A DNA stretch of 64,000 nt from Escherichia coli O157:H7 (lineage in GTDB: Bacteria; Pseudomonadota; Gammaproteobacteria; Enterobacterales; Enterobacteriaceae), in the NCBI RefSeq assembly GCF_013167455.1, contig NZ_CP038328.1. One strand, 5' to 3'. Shown in pieces: positions 1-16,010 of the stretch. Numbering within the stretch: position 1 is the stretch's first letter; every line of letters starts with the position of its first letter. The translations under genes were made by a program, and so were the position numbers. The notes below the pieces were generated by a model. It saw only the letters and a program-made list of their open reading frames with translations. It was not told the origin of the DNA and did no database searches.

Positions 1-1
1 G

Positions 2-151
2 TTTCAACGGCGAGTACATGCGCAGGTGATGGATTATCTAACAAATGGCATTCCGGAACGCCCGGCACGTTTCATTAAAGCACTACAAAATTATTATCAC
101 ACGCCGGAACTTACGGCGGAACAGTTCCCGTGGCCGGAAGCGCTCAACTGA
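2..151 (+). CDS. epmC: 3' end of an upstream gene (partial, 5' truncated by window edge); position matches epmC/yfcM, which precedes yfcL in K-12
   Basis: Open frame from the window edge to TGA at 149-151, 33 bp upstream of yfcL, same strand. Assignment rests on synteny only. Confidence 0.5.
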   Translation, partial: FQRRVHAQVMDYLTNGIPERPARFIKALQNYYHTPELTAEQFPWPEALN

Positions 152-184
152 AGCCAGCGCCACGTTTTACAATGAGGAAAGAAG

Positions 185-463
185 ATGATCGCGGAGTTTG
201 AATCACGCATTCTGGCATTAATCGACGGTATGGTTGACCATGCCAGTGATGATGAGTTGTTTGCCAGTGGGTATTTGCGTGGCCACCTTACATTAGCCAT
301 CGCAGAACTGGAAAGTGGTGATGACCACTCCGCTCAGGCGGTGCATACGACCGTTAGCCAGAGTCTGGAAAAAGCCATTGGTGCTGGTGAATTGTCGCCG
401 CGTGACCAGGCGCTGGTGACCGATATGTGGGAAAACCTGTTTCAGCAGGCGTCACAGCAGTAA
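185..463 (+). CDS. yfcL: Small conserved protein YfcL (92 aa)
   Basis: 92-aa track ORF; position next to mnmC matches K-12 order. Confidence 0.85.
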
Positions 464-469
464 GTTGCG

Positions 470-574
<105 letters not shown>

Positions 575-583
575 GAGAGCAGA

Positions 584-2656
<2,073 letters not shown>

Positions 2657-2663
2657 CTATTAA

Positions 2664-2682
2664 TTGGCTGATCGGACTTGTT
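2664..2682 (+). promoter_or_regulatory. FadR-type operator upstream of fabB
   Basis: ttggctgatcggacttgtt resembles the FadR consensus TGGTCNGACC core; lies about 70-85 bp upstream of the fabB ATG. Confidence 0.6.
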
Positions 2683-2684
2683 CG

Positions 2685-2700
2685 GCGTACAAGTGTACGC
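2685..2700 (+). promoter_or_regulatory. FabR-type palindromic operator upstream of fabB
   Basis: Perfect inverted repeat gcgtaca-ag-tgtacgc immediately downstream of the FadR-like site. Confidence 0.6.
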
Positions 2701-2748
2701 TATTGTGCATTCGAAACTTACTCTATGTGCGACTTACAGAGGTATTGA

Positions 2749-3969
2749 ATGAAACGTGCAGTGATTACTGGCCTGGGCATTGTTTCCAGCATCGGTAATA
2801 ACCAGCAGGAAGTCCTGGCATCTCTGCGTGAAGGACGTTCAGGGATCACTTTCTCTCAGGAGCTGAAGGATTCCGGCATGCGTAGCCACGTCTGGGGCAA
2901 CGTAAAACTGGATACCACTGGCCTCATTGACCGCAAAGTTGTGCGCTTTATGAGCGACGCATCCATTTATGCATTCCTTTCTATGGAGCAGGCAATCGCA
3001 GATGCGGGCCTCTCTCCGGAAGCTTACCAGAATAATCCGCGTGTTGGCCTGATTGCAGGTTCTGGCGGCGGTTCCCCGCGTTTCCAGGTGTTCGGCGCTG
3101 ACGCAATGCGCGGCCCGCGCGGCCTGAAAGCGGTTGGCCCGTATGTGGTCACCAAAGCGATGGCATCCGGCGTTTCTGCCTGCCTCGCCACGCCGTTTAA
3201 AATTCATGGCGTTAACTACTCCATCAGCTCCGCGTGTGCGACTTCCGCACACTGTATCGGTAACGCAGTAGAGCAGATCCAACTGGGCAAACAGGACATC
3301 GTGTTTGCTGGCGGCGGCGAAGAGCTGTGCTGGGAAATGGCTTGCGAATTCGACGCAATGGGTGCGCTGTCTACTAAATACAACGACACCCCGGAAAAAG
3401 CCTCCCGTACTTACGATGCTCACCGTGACGGTTTCGTTATCGCTGGCGGCGGCGGTATGGTGGTGGTTGAAGAGCTGGAACACGCGCTGGCGCGTGGTGC
3501 TCACATCTATGCTGAAATCGTTGGCTACGGCGCAACGTCTGATGGCGCAGACATGGTTGCTCCCTCTGGCGAAGGCGCAGTACGTTGTATGCAGATGGCG
3601 ATGCATGGCGTTGATACCCCAATCGATTACCTGAACTCCCACGGCACTTCGACTCCGGTTGGCGACGTGAAAGAGCTGGCAGCTATCCGTGAAGTGTTCG
3701 GCGATAAGAGCCCGGCGATTTCTGCAACCAAAGCCATGACCGGTCACTCTCTGGGCGCTGCTGGCGTACAGGAAGCTATCTACTCTCTGCTGATGCTGGA
3801 ACACGGCTTTATCGCCCCGAGCATCAACATTGAAGAGCTGGACGAGCAGGCTGCGGGTCTGAACATCGTGACCGAAACGACCGATCGCGAACTGACCACT
3901 GTTATGTCTAACAGCTTCGGCTTCGGCGGCACCAACGCCACGCTGGTAATGCGCAAGCTGAAAGATTAA
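2749..3969 (+). CDS. fabB: 3-oxoacyl-ACP synthase I (KAS I)
   Basis: 406 aa; active-site region [14 protein letters not shown] and C-terminal [13 protein letters not shown] typical of KAS enzymes. Confidence 0.97.
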   Translation: MKRAVITGLGIVSSIGNNQQEVLASLREGRSGITFSQELKDSGMRSHVWGNVKLDTTGLIDRKVVRFMSDASIYAFLSMEQAIADAGLSPEAYQNNPRVGLIAGSGGGSPRFQVFGADAMRGPRGLKAVGPYVVTKAMASGVSACLATPFKIHGVNYSISSACATSAHCIGNAVEQIQLGKQDIVFAGGGEELCWEMACEFDAMGALSTKYNDTPEKASRTYDAHRDGFVIAGGGGMVVVEELEHALARGAHIYAEIVGYGATSDGADMVAPSGEGAVRCMQMAMHGVDTPIDYLNSHGTSTPVGDVKELAAIREVFGDKSPAISATKAMTGHSLGAAGVQEAIYSLLMLEHGFIAPSINIEELDEQAAGLNIVTETTDRELTTVMSNSFGFGGTNATLVMRKLKD

Positions 3970-3976
3970 TTCGCAG

Positions 3977-4045
3977 TAGGCCGGAGTAGGTCGGATAAGA
4001 CGCGCCAGCGTCGCATCCGACGTTACGCGCCAATGCGGCCTCCGG
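3977..4045. repeat. REP-like element downstream of fabB
   Basis: gtaggccggagtaggtcggataagacgcgccagcgtcgcatccgac, a REP-family motif. Confidence 0.6.
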
Positions 4046-4054
4046 CACTAACGC

Positions 4055-4082
4055 AAAAGGGAACCTGATGGTTCCCTTTTTC
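4055..4082 (+). terminator. Rho-independent terminator of fabB
   Basis: agggaacc-tgat-ggttccct stem-loop followed by ttttt. Confidence 0.8.
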
Positions 4083-4240
4083 ACATCATTGACAATCGCC
4101 GCCAGTTCCAGGCAAACTCCCCGCTTTGTCGATTTCCTTCTGAAAAGACGTACGCGTTAAATCCTGCCAACGCACTGTAACCCTGAAACCAGAGAGATGA
4201 GACGGGGATACTCCTCGCCTTGCGCTGCATTCTGGAGTAA

Positions 4241-6414
<2,174 letters not shown>

Positions 6415-6512
6415 TACGTATCCTTATACCTGAAATCTTCGCAAGTATGCCTGGCCGCGAGATTATGGCACACTTGTCCGGTTAACTCTCGTCTCATACA
6501 GGTAACACAAAC

Positions 6513-7649
6513 GTGAAAATCCTTGTTGATGAAAATATGCCTTATGCCCGCGACTTATTTAGCCGTTTGGGTGAGGTGATCGCGGTTCCCGGGCGTCCAA
6601 TCCCCGTCGCTCAACTGGCAGACGCGGATGCGCTGATGGTGCGTTCGGTCACGAAAGTGAATGAATCTTTGCTGGCAGGAAAACCCATTAAATTTGTTGG
6701 CACTGCCACTGCGGGGACCGACCATGTCGATGAAGCATGGTTGAAGCAGGCGGGAATTGGTTTTTCCGCTGCACCTGGCTGTAATGCGATTGCGGTGGTG
6801 GAATATGTTTTCTCCTCCCTGCTGATGCTTGCCGAACGCGATGGATTTTCACTGCACGAGCGTACCGTGGGGATCGTAGGCGTTGGTAACGTTGGTCGGC
6901 GTTTACAGGCACGACTGGAAGCGTTAGGGATTAAAACCTTACTTTGCGATCCGCCTCGCGCCGACTGTGGGGATGAGGGTGATTTCCGCTCGCTGGATGA
7001 GTTAGTCCAGCGCGCGGATATTCTGACTTTCCATACGCCACTCTTCAAAGACGGGCCGTACAAAACGCTGCATCTGGCGGATGAAAAACTGATCCGTAGC
7101 CTGAAGCCCGGAGCGATTCTGATTAACGCCTGCCGTGGCGCAGTCGTCGATAATACCGCGCTGCTGACCTGCCTGAATGAAGGCCAGAAGTTAAGCGTAG
7201 TGCTGGATGTCTGGGAAGGCGAACCGGAACTAAATGTGGAATTGCTGACAAAAGTGGATATCGGCACGCCGCATATTGCAGGCTATACCCTGGAAGGTAA
7301 AGCACGCGGTACTACGCAAGTGTTTGAAGCCTATAGCAAGTTTATTGGGCATGAACAGCACGTTGCGCTGGATACATTACTGCCTGCGCCAGAGTTTGGT
7401 CGCATTACTCTGCATGGACCGCTCGATCAACCGACGCTGAAAAGGCTGGTGCATTTGGTGTATGATGTGCGCCGCGATGACGCACCGCTGCGTAAAGTCG
7501 CCGGGATACCGGGTGAGTTCGATAAACTGCGCAAAAACTATCTTGAGCGCCGTGAATGGTCATCTCTGTATGTAATTTGTGATGACGCCAGTGCGGCATC
7601 ATTGCTGTGTAAACTGGGTTTTAACGCCGTTCATCATCCGGCACGTTAA
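6513..7649 (+). CDS. pdxB: Erythronate-4-phosphate dehydrogenase
   Basis: 378 aa; D-2-hydroxyacid dehydrogenase NAD-binding motif [12 protein letters not shown]. Confidence 0.95.
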   Translation: MKILVDENMPYARDLFSRLGEVIAVPGRPIPVAQLADADALMVRSVTKVNESLLAGKPIKFVGTATAGTDHVDEAWLKQAGIGFSAAPGCNAIAVVEYVFSSLLMLAERDGFSLHERTVGIVGVGNVGRRLQARLEALGIKTLLCDPPRADCGDEGDFRSLDELVQRADILTFHTPLFKDGPYKTLHLADEKLIRSLKPGAILINACRGAVVDNTALLTCLNEGQKLSVVLDVWEGEPELNVELLTKVDIGTPHIAGYTLEGKARGTTQVFEAYSKFIGHEQHVALDTLLPAPEFGRITLHGPLDQPTLKRLVHLVYDVRRDDAPLRKVAGIPGEFDKLRKNYLERREWSSLYVICDDASAASLLCKLGFNAVHHPAR

Positions 7650-7714
7650 TCTCTTCTTCATGCTCTCTGCTATAACATTGGCAGGGAGCTTTGCTATTTC
7701 TGGAGTAAACCACC

Positions 7715-8728
7715 ATGTCTGAAGGCTGGAACATTGCCGTCCTGGGCACAACTGGCGCTGTGGGCGAAGCCCTGCTTGAAACGCTGGCTGAACGTCAGTT
7801 CCCGGTTGGGGAAATTTATGCACTGGCACGTAACGAAAGCGCAGGCGAACAATTGCGCTTTGGTGGTAAGACAATCACCGTGCAGGATGCTGCTGAATTC
7901 GACTGGACGCAGGCGCAGCTGGCATTTTTTGTCGCAGGCAAAGAAGCTACCGCAGCCTGGGTTGAAGAAGCGACCAACTCAGGTTGCCTGGTGATCGACA
8001 GCAGCGGATTGTTTGCTCTTGAACCCGACGTACCGCTGGTGGTGCCGGAAGTAAACCCGTTTGTACTGACCGATTACCGCAACCGGAATGTCATCGCCGT
8101 ACCAGACAGTCTGACCAGCCAGCTGCTGGCGGCACTGAAACCGTTAATCGATCAGGGCGGTTTGTCGCGTATCAGTGTTACCAGCCTGATTTCAGCCTCC
8201 GCCCAGGGCAAAAAAGCGGTCGATGCGTTAGCGGGGCAGAGTGCGAAATTGCTCAACGGCATTCCGATTGACGAAGAAGATTTCTTCGGGCGTCAGCTCG
8301 CGTTCAACATGCTGCCGTTACTGCCGGATAGCGAAGGTAGCGTGCGTGAAGAACGTCGTATCGTTGACGAAGTACGCAAAATCCTGCAGGACGAAGGACT
8401 GATGATTTCGGCAAGCGTCGTCCAGGCACCGGTATTCTACGGTCATGCCCAGATGGTCAACTTTGAAGCTCTGCGTCCACTGGCAGCAGAAGAAGCGCGT
8501 GATGCGTTTGTTCAAGGGGAAGATATTGTGCTCTCTGAAGAGAACGAATTCCCAACTCAGGTAGGTGATGCTTCGGGTACGCCGCATCTTTCTGTTGGCT
8601 GCGTGCGTAATGACTACGGTATGCCGGAGCAAGTCCAGTTCTGGTCGGTGGCCGATAACGTTCGCTTTGGCGGCGCGCTGATGGCAGTAAAAATCGCCGA
8701 GAAACTGGTGCAGGAGTATCTGTACTAA
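7715..8728 (+). CDS. usg: USG-1 protein (aspartate-semialdehyde dehydrogenase paralog)
   Basis: 337 aa; N-terminal Rossmann motif [13 protein letters not shown]; co-directional with truA. Confidence 0.93.
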   Translation: MSEGWNIAVLGTTGAVGEALLETLAERQFPVGEIYALARNESAGEQLRFGGKTITVQDAAEFDWTQAQLAFFVAGKEATAAWVEEATNSGCLVIDSSGLFALEPDVPLVVPEVNPFVLTDYRNRNVIAVPDSLTSQLLAALKPLIDQGGLSRISVTSLISASAQGKKAVDALAGQSAKLLNGIPIDEEDFFGRQLAFNMLPLLPDSEGSVREERRIVDEVRKILQDEGLMISASVVQAPVFYGHAQMVNFEALRPLAAEEARDAFVQGEDIVLSEENEFPTQVGDASGTPHLSVGCVRNDYGMPEQVQFWSVADNVRFGGALMAVKIAEKLVQEYLY

Positions 8729-9540
8729 TGTCCGACCAGCAACAACCGCCAGTTTATAAAATTGCGCTGGGCATTGAGTACGACGGCAGTAAGTATTACG
8801 GCTGGCAACGGCAGAATGAAGTCCGCAGTGTGCAGGAGAAGCTGGAAAAGGCGCTCTCCCAGGTGGCGAACGAACCCATCACCGTCTTCTGCGCCGGGCG
8901 TACTGACGCAGGGGTACACGGTACCGGGCAGGTTGTGCATTTCGAAACTACCGCGCAGCGCAAAGACGCTGCGTGGACGTTGGGCGTAAATGCGAATTTA
9001 CCTGGTGACATCGCCGTGCGTTGGGTTAAAGCTGTACCTGATGATTTTCATGCCCGATTTAGCGCCACGGCTCGCCGTTATCGCTACATCATCTACAATC
9101 ATCGGCTGCGCCCGGCGGTACTGAGTAAAGGGGTAACCCATTTTTACGAACCGCTGGACGCTGAACGGATGCATCGGGCTGCGCAGTGCTTGCTGGGCGA
9201 GAATGATTTCACCTCGTTCCGTGCGGTGCAGTGCCAGTCCCGAACCCCGTGGCGCAACGTTATGCATATTAATGTCACGCGTCACGGTCCTTATGTGGTG
9301 GTTGATATCAAAGCGAATGCCTTTGTACATCATATGGTCAGGAATATTGTCGGCAGCCTGATGGAAGTCGGTGCCCACAACCAGCCGGAGAGCTGGATAG
9401 CAGAGTTGCTGGCGGCAAAGGACAGAACGCTGGCGGCAGCAACGGCAAAAGCGGAAGGGCTGTATCTGGTCGCGGTGGATTACCCTGACCGGTATGATCT
9501 TCCAAAACCGCCAATGGGCCCGCTATTTCTGGCGGACTAA
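8728..9540 (+). CDS. truA: tRNA pseudouridine(38-40) synthase TruA
   Basis: 270 aa; catalytic-Asp region [19 protein letters not shown]; start abuts the usg stop. Confidence 0.95.
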   Translation: MSDQQQPPVYKIALGIEYDGSKYYGWQRQNEVRSVQEKLEKALSQVANEPITVFCAGRTDAGVHGTGQVVHFETTAQRKDAAWTLGVNANLPGDIAVRWVKAVPDDFHARFSATARRYRYIIYNHRLRPAVLSKGVTHFYEPLDAERMHRAAQCLLGENDFTSFRAVQCQSRTPWRNVMHINVTRHGPYVVVDIKANAFVHHMVRNIVGSLMEVGAHNQPESWIAELLAAKDRTLAAATAKAEGLYLVAVDYPDRYDLPKPPMGPLFLAD

Positions 9541-9622
9541 CGAGAATAATGCTCGGAACATTTCAGGCTGTAGCCAACGTAGTTACAGCCTGAAAGATGA
9601 CGAGTACAAGGCATAGGCAAAT

Positions 9623-10282
9623 ATGGACCTGATTTATTTCCTCATCGATTTTATCCTGCACATTGACGTGCATCTGGCAGAGCTGGTCGCGGAGTACGGC
9701 GTTTGGGTTTATGCCATTTTGTTCTTAATTTTGTTCTGTGAAACCGGTCTGGTGGTAACGCCGTTTTTACCGGGTGATTCATTGCTGTTTGTTGCCGGAG
9801 CGTTGGCATCACTGGAAACCAACGATCTCAACGTCCATATGATGGTGGTGCTGATGCTGATCGCCGCGATTGTGGGTGACGCGGTCAATTACACTATCGG
9901 GCGCTTGTTCGGTGAAAAGTTATTCAGTAATCCCAATTCGAAAATTTTCCGTCGCAGTTATCTCGATAAAACCCATCAGTTTTATGAGAAACATGGCGGC
10001 AAAACGATTATTCTCGCCCGTTTTGTGCCGATCGTCAGAACGTTCGCCCCGTTTGTTGCGGGAATGGGCCACATGTCGTACCGTCATTTCGCTGCTTATA
10101 ACGTGATCGGCGCACTGTTGTGGGTACTGCTTTTTACCTACGCAGGCTATTTCTTCGGTACAATCCCGATGGTTCAGGATAACCTTAAGCTGCTGATCGT
10201 CGGGATTATTGTGGTTTCTATTTTGCCGGGCGTCATCGAAATAATCCGTCACAAACGCGCTGCGGCACGCGCCGCAAAATAA
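9623..10282 (+). CDS. dedA: DedA-family inner membrane protein
   Basis: 219 aa, multi-TM. Confidence 0.92.
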   Translation: MDLIYFLIDFILHIDVHLAELVAEYGVWVYAILFLILFCETGLVVTPFLPGDSLLFVAGALASLETNDLNVHMMVVLMLIAAIVGDAVNYTIGRLFGEKLFSNPNSKIFRRSYLDKTHQFYEKHGGKTIILARFVPIVRTFAPFVAGMGHMSYRHFAAYNVIGALLWVLLFTYAGYFFGTIPMVQDNLKLLIVGIIVVSILPGVIEIIRHKRAAARAAK

Positions 10283-10353
10283 AAAGTAACTCCGCGGTTC
10301 GACCACTTTTTTATCCAAAGTTTCGGGCTGTTATGTTTTAATGTGCAACATTC

Positions 10354-10437
10354 ATGGTCTGTTGGGGGCAAAAATGGCATTATGCGTCCCCAAAGATAAA
10401 ACTGGCATCGAACCAGGTTCAGACAGAAAGGTCCCTA
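10354..10437 (+). promoter_or_regulatory. accD 5' leader (in-frame extension of the track ORF, probably untranslated)
   Basis: Track ORF begins 84 nt upstream of the MSWIERIK start; AccD is reported to bind its own mRNA leader. Confidence 0.4.
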
Positions 10438-11352
10438 ATGAGCTGGATTGAACGAATTAAAAGCAACATTACTCCCACCCGCAAGGCGAGCATTCCTGAA
10501 GGGGTGTGGACTAAGTGTGATAGCTGCGGTCAGGTTTTATACCGCGCTGAGCTGGAACGTAATCTTGAGGTCTGTCCGAAGTGTGACCATCACATGCGTA
10601 TGACAGCGCGTAATCGCCTGCATAGCCTGTTAGATGAAGGAAGCCTTGTGGAGCTGGGTAGCGAGCTTGAGCCGAAAGATGTGCTGAAGTTTCGTGACTC
10701 CAAGAAGTATAAAGACCGTCTGGCATCTGCGCAGAAAGAAACCGGCGAAAAAGATGCGCTGGTGGTGATGAAAGGCACTCTGTATGGAATGCCGGTTGTC
10801 GCTGCGGCATTCGAGTTCGCCTTTATGGGCGGTTCAATGGGGTCTGTTGTGGGTGCACGTTTCGTGCGTGCCGTTGAGCAGGCGCTGGAAGATAACTGCC
10901 CGCTGATCTGCTTCTCCGCCTCTGGTGGCGCACGTATGCAGGAAGCACTGATGTCGCTGATGCAGATGGCGAAAACCTCTGCGGCACTGGCAAAAATGCA
11001 GGAGCGCGGCTTGCCGTACATCTCCGTGCTGACCGACCCGACGATGGGCGGTGTTTCTGCAAGTTTCGCCATGCTGGGCGATCTCAACATCGCTGAACCG
11101 AAAGCGTTAATCGGCTTTGCCGGTCCGCGTGTTATCGAACAGACCGTTCGCGAAAAACTGCCGCCAGGATTCCAGCGCAGTGAATTCCTGATCGAGAAAG
11201 GCGCGATCGACATGATCGTCCGTCGTCCGGAAATGCGCCTGAAACTGGCGAGCATTCTGGCGAAGTTGATGAATCTGCCAGCGCCGAATCCTGAAGCGCC
11301 GCGTGAAGGCGTAGTGGTACCCCCGGTACCGGATCAGGAACCTGAGGCCTGA
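10438..11352 (+). CDS. accD: Acetyl-CoA carboxylase carboxyltransferase beta subunit
   Basis: 304 aa from ATG 10438; N-terminal C4 zinc finger [26 protein letters not shown]. Confidence 0.96.
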
Positions 11353-11362
11353 TAACTGATAA

Positions 11363-11389
11363 GGGCAGGGCCACTGGCTCTGCCCTTTT
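11363..11389 (+). terminator. Intrinsic terminator after accD
   Basis: gggcag...ctgccc stem followed by tttt. Confidence 0.6.
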
Positions 11390-11421
11390 GCTATTCTCAC
11401 CGTAACGAATCAGCGGATACC

Positions 11422-12690
11422 ATGATTATCAAACGCACTCCTCAAGCCGCGTCGCCTCTGGCTTCGTGGCTTTCTTATCTGGAAAACCTGCACAGTAAAA
11501 CTATCGATCTCGGCCTTGAGCGCGTGAGCCAGGTCGCGGCGCGTCTTGGCGTTCTGAAACCAGCGCCATTTGTGTTTACCGTTGCGGGTACGAATGGCAA
11601 AGGCACCACCTGCCGTACGCTGGAGTCGATTCTGATGGCGGCAGGGTACAAAGTGGGCGTCTACAGTTCGCCTCATCTGGTGTGTTATACCGAGCGCGTA
11701 CGTGTGCAGGGTCAGGAATTGCCGGAATCGGCCCACACCGCCTCTTTTGCGGAGATTGAATCGGCACGCGGTGATATTTCCCTGACCTATTTCGAGTACG
11801 GTACGCTGTCGGCGTTGTGGCTGTTCAAACAGGCACAACTTGACGTGGTGATTCTGGAAGTAGGGCTGGGCGGTCGTCTGGACGCAACCAATATTGTCGA
11901 CGCCGATGTCGCGGTAGTAACCAGTATTGCGCTGGATCATACCGACTGGCTGGGGCCAGATCGCGAAAGTATTGGTCGCGAGAAAGCAGGCATCTTTCGC
12001 AGCGAAAAACCGGCAATTGTCGGTGAGCCGGAAATGCCTTCTACCATTGCTGATGTGGCGCAGGAAAAAGGTGCACTGTTACAACGTCGGGGCGTTGAGT
12101 GGAACTATTCCGTCACCGATCATGACTGGGCGTTTAGCGATGCTCACGGCACGCTGGAAAACCTGCCGTTGCCGCTTGTCCCGCAACCGAATGCCGCAAC
12201 GGCGCTGGCGGCACTGCGTGCCAGCGGGCTGGAGGTCAGTGAAAATGCCATTCGCGACGGGATTGCCAGCGCAATTTTGCCGGGACGTTTCCAGATTGTG
12301 AGCGAGTCGCCACGCGTTATTTTTGATGTCGCGCATAATCCACATGCGGCGGAATATCTCACCGGGCGTATGAAAACGCTACCGAAAAACGGGCGCGTGC
12401 TGGCGGTTATCGGTATGCTACATGATAAAGATATTGCCGGAACTCTGGCCTGGTTGAAAAGCGTGGTTGATGACTGGTATTGTGCGCCACTGGAAGGGCC
12501 GCGCGGTGCCACGGCAGAACAACTGCTTGAGCATTTGGGTAACGGCAAATCATTTGATAGCGTTGCGCAGGCATGGGATGCCGCAATGGCGGACGCTAAA
12601 GCGGAAGACACCGTGCTGGTGTGTGGTTCGTTCCACACGGTCGCACATGTCATGGAAGTGATTGACGCGAGGAGAAGCGGTGGCAAGTAA
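11422..12690 (+). CDS. folC: Dihydrofolate synthase / folylpolyglutamate synthase
   Basis: 422 aa; Mur-ligase-family P-loop TVAGTNGKGTT. Confidence 0.96.
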   Translation: MIIKRTPQAASPLASWLSYLENLHSKTIDLGLERVSQVAARLGVLKPAPFVFTVAGTNGKGTTCRTLESILMAAGYKVGVYSSPHLVCYTERVRVQGQELPESAHTASFAEIESARGDISLTYFEYGTLSALWLFKQAQLDVVILEVGLGGRLDATNIVDADVAVVTSIALDHTDWLGPDRESIGREKAGIFRSEKPAIVGEPEMPSTIADVAQEKGALLQRRGVEWNYSVTDHDWAFSDAHGTLENLPLPLVPQPNAATALAALRASGLEVSENAIRDGIASAILPGRFQIVSESPRVIFDVAHNPHAAEYLTGRMKTLPKNGRVLAVIGMLHDKDIAGTLAWLKSVVDDWYCAPLEGPRGATAEQLLEHLGNGKSFDSVAQAWDAAMADAKAEDTVLVCGSFHTVAHVMEVIDARRSGGK

Positions 12691-13342
12691 GTTTCAGAAT
12701 CGGTTAGTGGGCACGATCGTGCTGGTGGCGCTGGGGGTGATTGTACTTCCAGGGCTGCTGGACGGGCAGAAAAAACATTATCAGGATGAGTTTGCGGCTA
12801 TCCCGCTGGTGCCAAAAGCGGGCGATCGCGATGAGCCTGATATGATGCCAGCCGCCACCCAGGCGTTGCCGACGCAACCGCCGGAAGGCGCAGCGGAAGA
12901 GGTGCGGGCAGGTGATGCCGCAGCACCGTCGCTCGATCCGGCCACTATTGCAGCCAATAACACCGAGTTTGAACCGGAACCTGCACCGGTCGTCCCACCG
13001 AAGCCGAAACCGGTGGAGCCGCCTAAGCCGAAGGTTGAAGCACCACCTGCGCCGAAGCCAGAACCGAAGCCGGTCGTGGAAGAAAAAGCAGCGCCAACGG
13101 GTAAAGCCTATGTTGTGCAACTGGGCGCGCTGAAAAATGCCGATAAAGTGAATGAGATTGTCGGTAAGCTGCGCGGTGCCGGTTATCGGGTTTATACGTC
13201 GCCATCCACGCCAGTGCAGGGTAAAATTACCCGTATTCTGGTTGGGCCGGATGCCTCGAAAGATAAGCTGAAAGGTTCGCTGGGTGAGTTGAAGCAACTT
13301 TCTGGCTTAAGTGGCGTGGTAATGGGCTATACGCCGAATTAA
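12680..13342 (+). CDS. dedD: Cell division protein DedD (SPOR domain)
   Basis: Likely GTG start at 12680 (220 aa, VASKFQNRLVG..), overlapping the folC 3' end by 11 bp; N-terminal TM helix, Pro/Lys-rich linker, C-terminal SPOR-like domain. Confidence 0.9.
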   Translation: MASKFQNRLVGTIVLVALGVIVLPGLLDGQKKHYQDEFAAIPLVPKAGDRDEPDMMPAATQALPTQPPEGAAEEVRAGDAAAPSLDPATIAANNTEFEPEPAPVVPPKPKPVEPPKPKVEAPPAPKPEPKPVVEEKAAPTGKAYVVQLGALKNADKVNEIVGKLRGAGYRVYTSPSTPVQGKITRILVGPDASKDKLKGSLGELKQLSGLSGVVMGYTPN

Positions 13343-13350
13343 TACGGTCT

Positions 13351-13714
<364 letters not shown>

Positions 13715-13744
13715 TGTCCGATGCCGCAAAGGCATAAAAAGTCG

Positions 13745-13785
13745 ATGGCGTTGAATATTTTTTCAGCGCCATTTTTATTGATGCG
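13745..13785 (+). terminator. Terminator-like imperfect hairpin with T-run downstream of dedD and the REP array
   Basis: atggcgttgaa ... ttcagcgccat (one mismatch) followed by ttttatt. Confidence 0.4.
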
Positions 13786-13801
13786 CGGGAAGGAAATCCC
13801 T

Positions 13802-13817
13802 ACGCAAACGTTTTCTT
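13802..13817 (+). promoter_or_regulatory. PurR operator (PUR box) in the cvpA-purF promoter
   Basis: acgcaaacgttttctt matches PUR box consensus ACGCAAACGTTTNCNT; a tagaat -10-like hexamer follows at 13825-13830. Confidence 0.8.
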
Positions 13818-13873
13818 TTTCTGTTAGAATGCGCCCCGAACAGGATGACAGGGCGTAAAATCGTGGGACACAT

Positions 13874-14362
13874 ATGGTCTGGATTGATTACGCCATAATC
13901 GCGGTGATTGCTTTTTCCTCTCTGGTTAGCCTGATCCGCGGCTTTGTTCGTGAAGCGTTATCGCTGGTGACATGGGGTTGTGCTTTCTTTGTTGCCAGTC
14001 ATTACTACACTTACCTGTCAGTCTGGTTTACGGGCTTTGAAGACGAACTGGTTCGAAATGGGATTGCCATCGCGGTCCTGTTTATCGCCACCCTGATCGT
14101 TGGCGCTATCGTGAACTTCGTGATAGGCCTGCTGGTGGAGAAAACGGGGTTGTCAGGCACCGATCGGGTGCTGGGCGTCTGTTTCGGTGCATTGCGCGGT
14201 GTGTTGATTGTTGCTGCTATTCTCTTCTTTCTCGACTCCTTTACCGGGGTGTCGAAAAGCGAAGACTGGAGTAAATCACAACTGATTCCGCAGTTCAGTT
14301 TTATCATCAGATGGTTTTTTGATTATCTGCAAAGCTCGTCAAGTTTCTTGCCCAGAGCGTAA
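13874..14362 (+). CDS. cvpA: Colicin V production membrane protein CvpA
   Basis: 162 aa, multi-TM; immediately upstream of purF. Confidence 0.93.
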   Translation: MVWIDYAIIAVIAFSSLVSLIRGFVREALSLVTWGCAFFVASHYYTYLSVWFTGFEDELVRNGIAIAVLFIATLIVGAIVNFVIGLLVEKTGLSGTDRVLGVCFGALRGVLIVAAILFFLDSFTGVSKSEDWSKSQLIPQFSFIIRWFFDYLQSSSSFLPRA

Positions 14363-14398
14363 GTGCTCTGAGATGTGGCTTAACGAGGAAAAAGACGT

Positions 14399-15916
14399 AT
14401 GTGCGGTATTGTCGGTATCGCCGGTGTTATGCCGGTTAACCAGTCGATTTATGATGCCTTAACGGTGCTTCAGCATCGCGGTCAGGATGCCGCCGGCATC
14501 ATCACCATAGATGCCAATAACTGCTTCCGTTTGCGTAAAGCGAACGGGCTGGTGAGCGATGTATTTGAAGCTCGCCATATGCAGCGTTTGCAGGGCAATA
14601 TGGGCATTGGTCATGTGCGTTACCCTACGGCTGGCAGCTCCAGCGCCTCTGAAGCGCAGCCGTTTTACGTTAACTCTCCGTATGGCATTACGCTTGCCCA
14701 CAACGGCAATCTGACCAACGCTCACGAGTTGCGTAAAAAACTGTTTGAAGAAAAACGCCGCCACATCAACACCACTTCCGACTCGGAAATTCTGCTTAAT
14801 ATCTTCGCCAGCGAGCTGGACAACTTCCGCCACTACCCGCTTGAAGCCGACAACATTTTCGCCGCCATCGCTGCTACAAACCGCTTAATCCGCGGCGCGT
14901 ATGCCTGTGTGGCGATGATTATCGGCCACGGTATGGTTGCTTTCCGCGATCCAAACGGTATTCGTCCGCTGGTTCTGGGAAAACGTGATATTGACGAGAA
15001 CCGCACAGAATATATGGTCGCTTCCGAAAGCGTTGCGCTCGATACACTGGGCTTTGATTTCCTGCGTGACGTCGCGCCTGGCGAAGCGATTTACATCACT
15101 GAAGAAGGGCAGTTGTTTACCCGTCAATGTGCTGACAATCCGGTCAGCAATCCGTGCCTGTTTGAGTATGTATACTTTGCTCGCCCGGACTCGTTCATCG
15201 ACAAAATTTCCGTTTACAGCGCGCGTGTGAATATGGGCACGAAGCTGGGCGAGAAAATTGCCCGCGAATGGGAAGATCTGGATATCGACGTGGTGATCCC
15301 GATCCCGGAAACCTCGTGTGATATCGCGCTGGAAATTGCTCGTATTCTGGGCAAACCGTACCGCCAGGGCTTCGTTAAAAACCGCTATGTTGGCCGCACC
15401 TTCATCATGCCGGGTCAGCAGCTGCGTCGTAAGTCCGTGCGCCGTAAACTGAACGCCAACCGCGCCGAGTTCCGCGATAAAAACGTCCTGCTGGTCGACG
15501 ACTCTATCGTCCGTGGCACCACTTCTGAGCAGATTATCGAGATGGCACGCGAAGCCGGAGCGAAGAAAGTGTACCTCGCTTCTGCGGCACCGGAAATTCG
15601 CTTCCCGAACGTTTATGGTATTGATATGCCGAGCGCCACGGAACTGATCGCTCACGGTCGCGAAGTAGATGAAATTCGCCAGATCATCGGTGCTGACGGG
15701 TTGATTTTCCAGGATCTGAACGATCTGATCGAAGCCGTTCGCGCTGAAAACCCGGATATCCAGCAGTTTGAATGCTCGGTGTTCAACGGCGTCTACGTCA
15801 CCAAAGATGTTGATCAGGGCTACCTCGATTTCCTCGATACTTTACGTAATGACGACGCCAAAGCAGTGCAACGTCAGAACGAAGTGGAAAATCTCGAAAT
15901 GCATAACGAAGGATGA
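14399..15916 (+). CDS. purF: Amidophosphoribosyltransferase (glutamine PRPP amidotransferase)
   Basis: 505 aa; N-terminal MCGIVGI with catalytic Cys1 of Ntn amidotransferases; PRPP-binding region [13 protein letters not shown]. Confidence 0.97.
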   Translation: MCGIVGIAGVMPVNQSIYDALTVLQHRGQDAAGIITIDANNCFRLRKANGLVSDVFEARHMQRLQGNMGIGHVRYPTAGSSSASEAQPFYVNSPYGITLAHNGNLTNAHELRKKLFEEKRRHINTTSDSEILLNIFASELDNFRHYPLEADNIFAAIAATNRLIRGAYACVAMIIGHGMVAFRDPNGIRPLVLGKRDIDENRTEYMVASESVALDTLGFDFLRDVAPGEAIYITEEGQLFTRQCADNPVSNPCLFEYVYFARPDSFIDKISVYSARVNMGTKLGEKIAREWEDLDIDVVIPIPETSCDIALEIARILGKPYRQGFVKNRYVGRTFIMPGQQLRRKSVRRKLNANRAEFRDKNVLLVDDSIVRGTTSEQIIEMAREAGAKKVYLASAAPEIRFPNVYGIDMPSATELIAHGREVDEIRQIIGADGLIFQDLNDLIEAVRAENPDIQQFECSVFNGVYVTKDVDQGYLDFLDTLRNDDAKAVQRQNEVENLEMHNEG

Positions 15917-15926
15917 TGCCTTCGCT

Positions 15927-15949
15927 CAGGGTGCCGGTCTGGCACCCTG
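15927..15949 (+). other. GC-rich stem-loop between purF and ubiX with no U-tract (possible mRNA stabiliser or processing site)
   Basis: cagggtgcc-ggtct-ggcaccctg. Confidence 0.4.
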
Positions 15950-16010
15950 ACTTGCAACTCCCGCCGAAATCCTGCAAAGTCTGCCTGCAAGTCTGACAGG
16001 GCAACTATTT

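Noticed and set aside
2839-3804. 321-aa minus-strand ORF inside fabB
   Set aside because: Antisense to fabB, whose KAS motifs are unambiguous.
12704-13297. 197-aa minus-strand ORF inside dedD
   Set aside because: Antisense to dedD; R/W/H-rich translation of the Pro/Lys-rich linker region read backwards.
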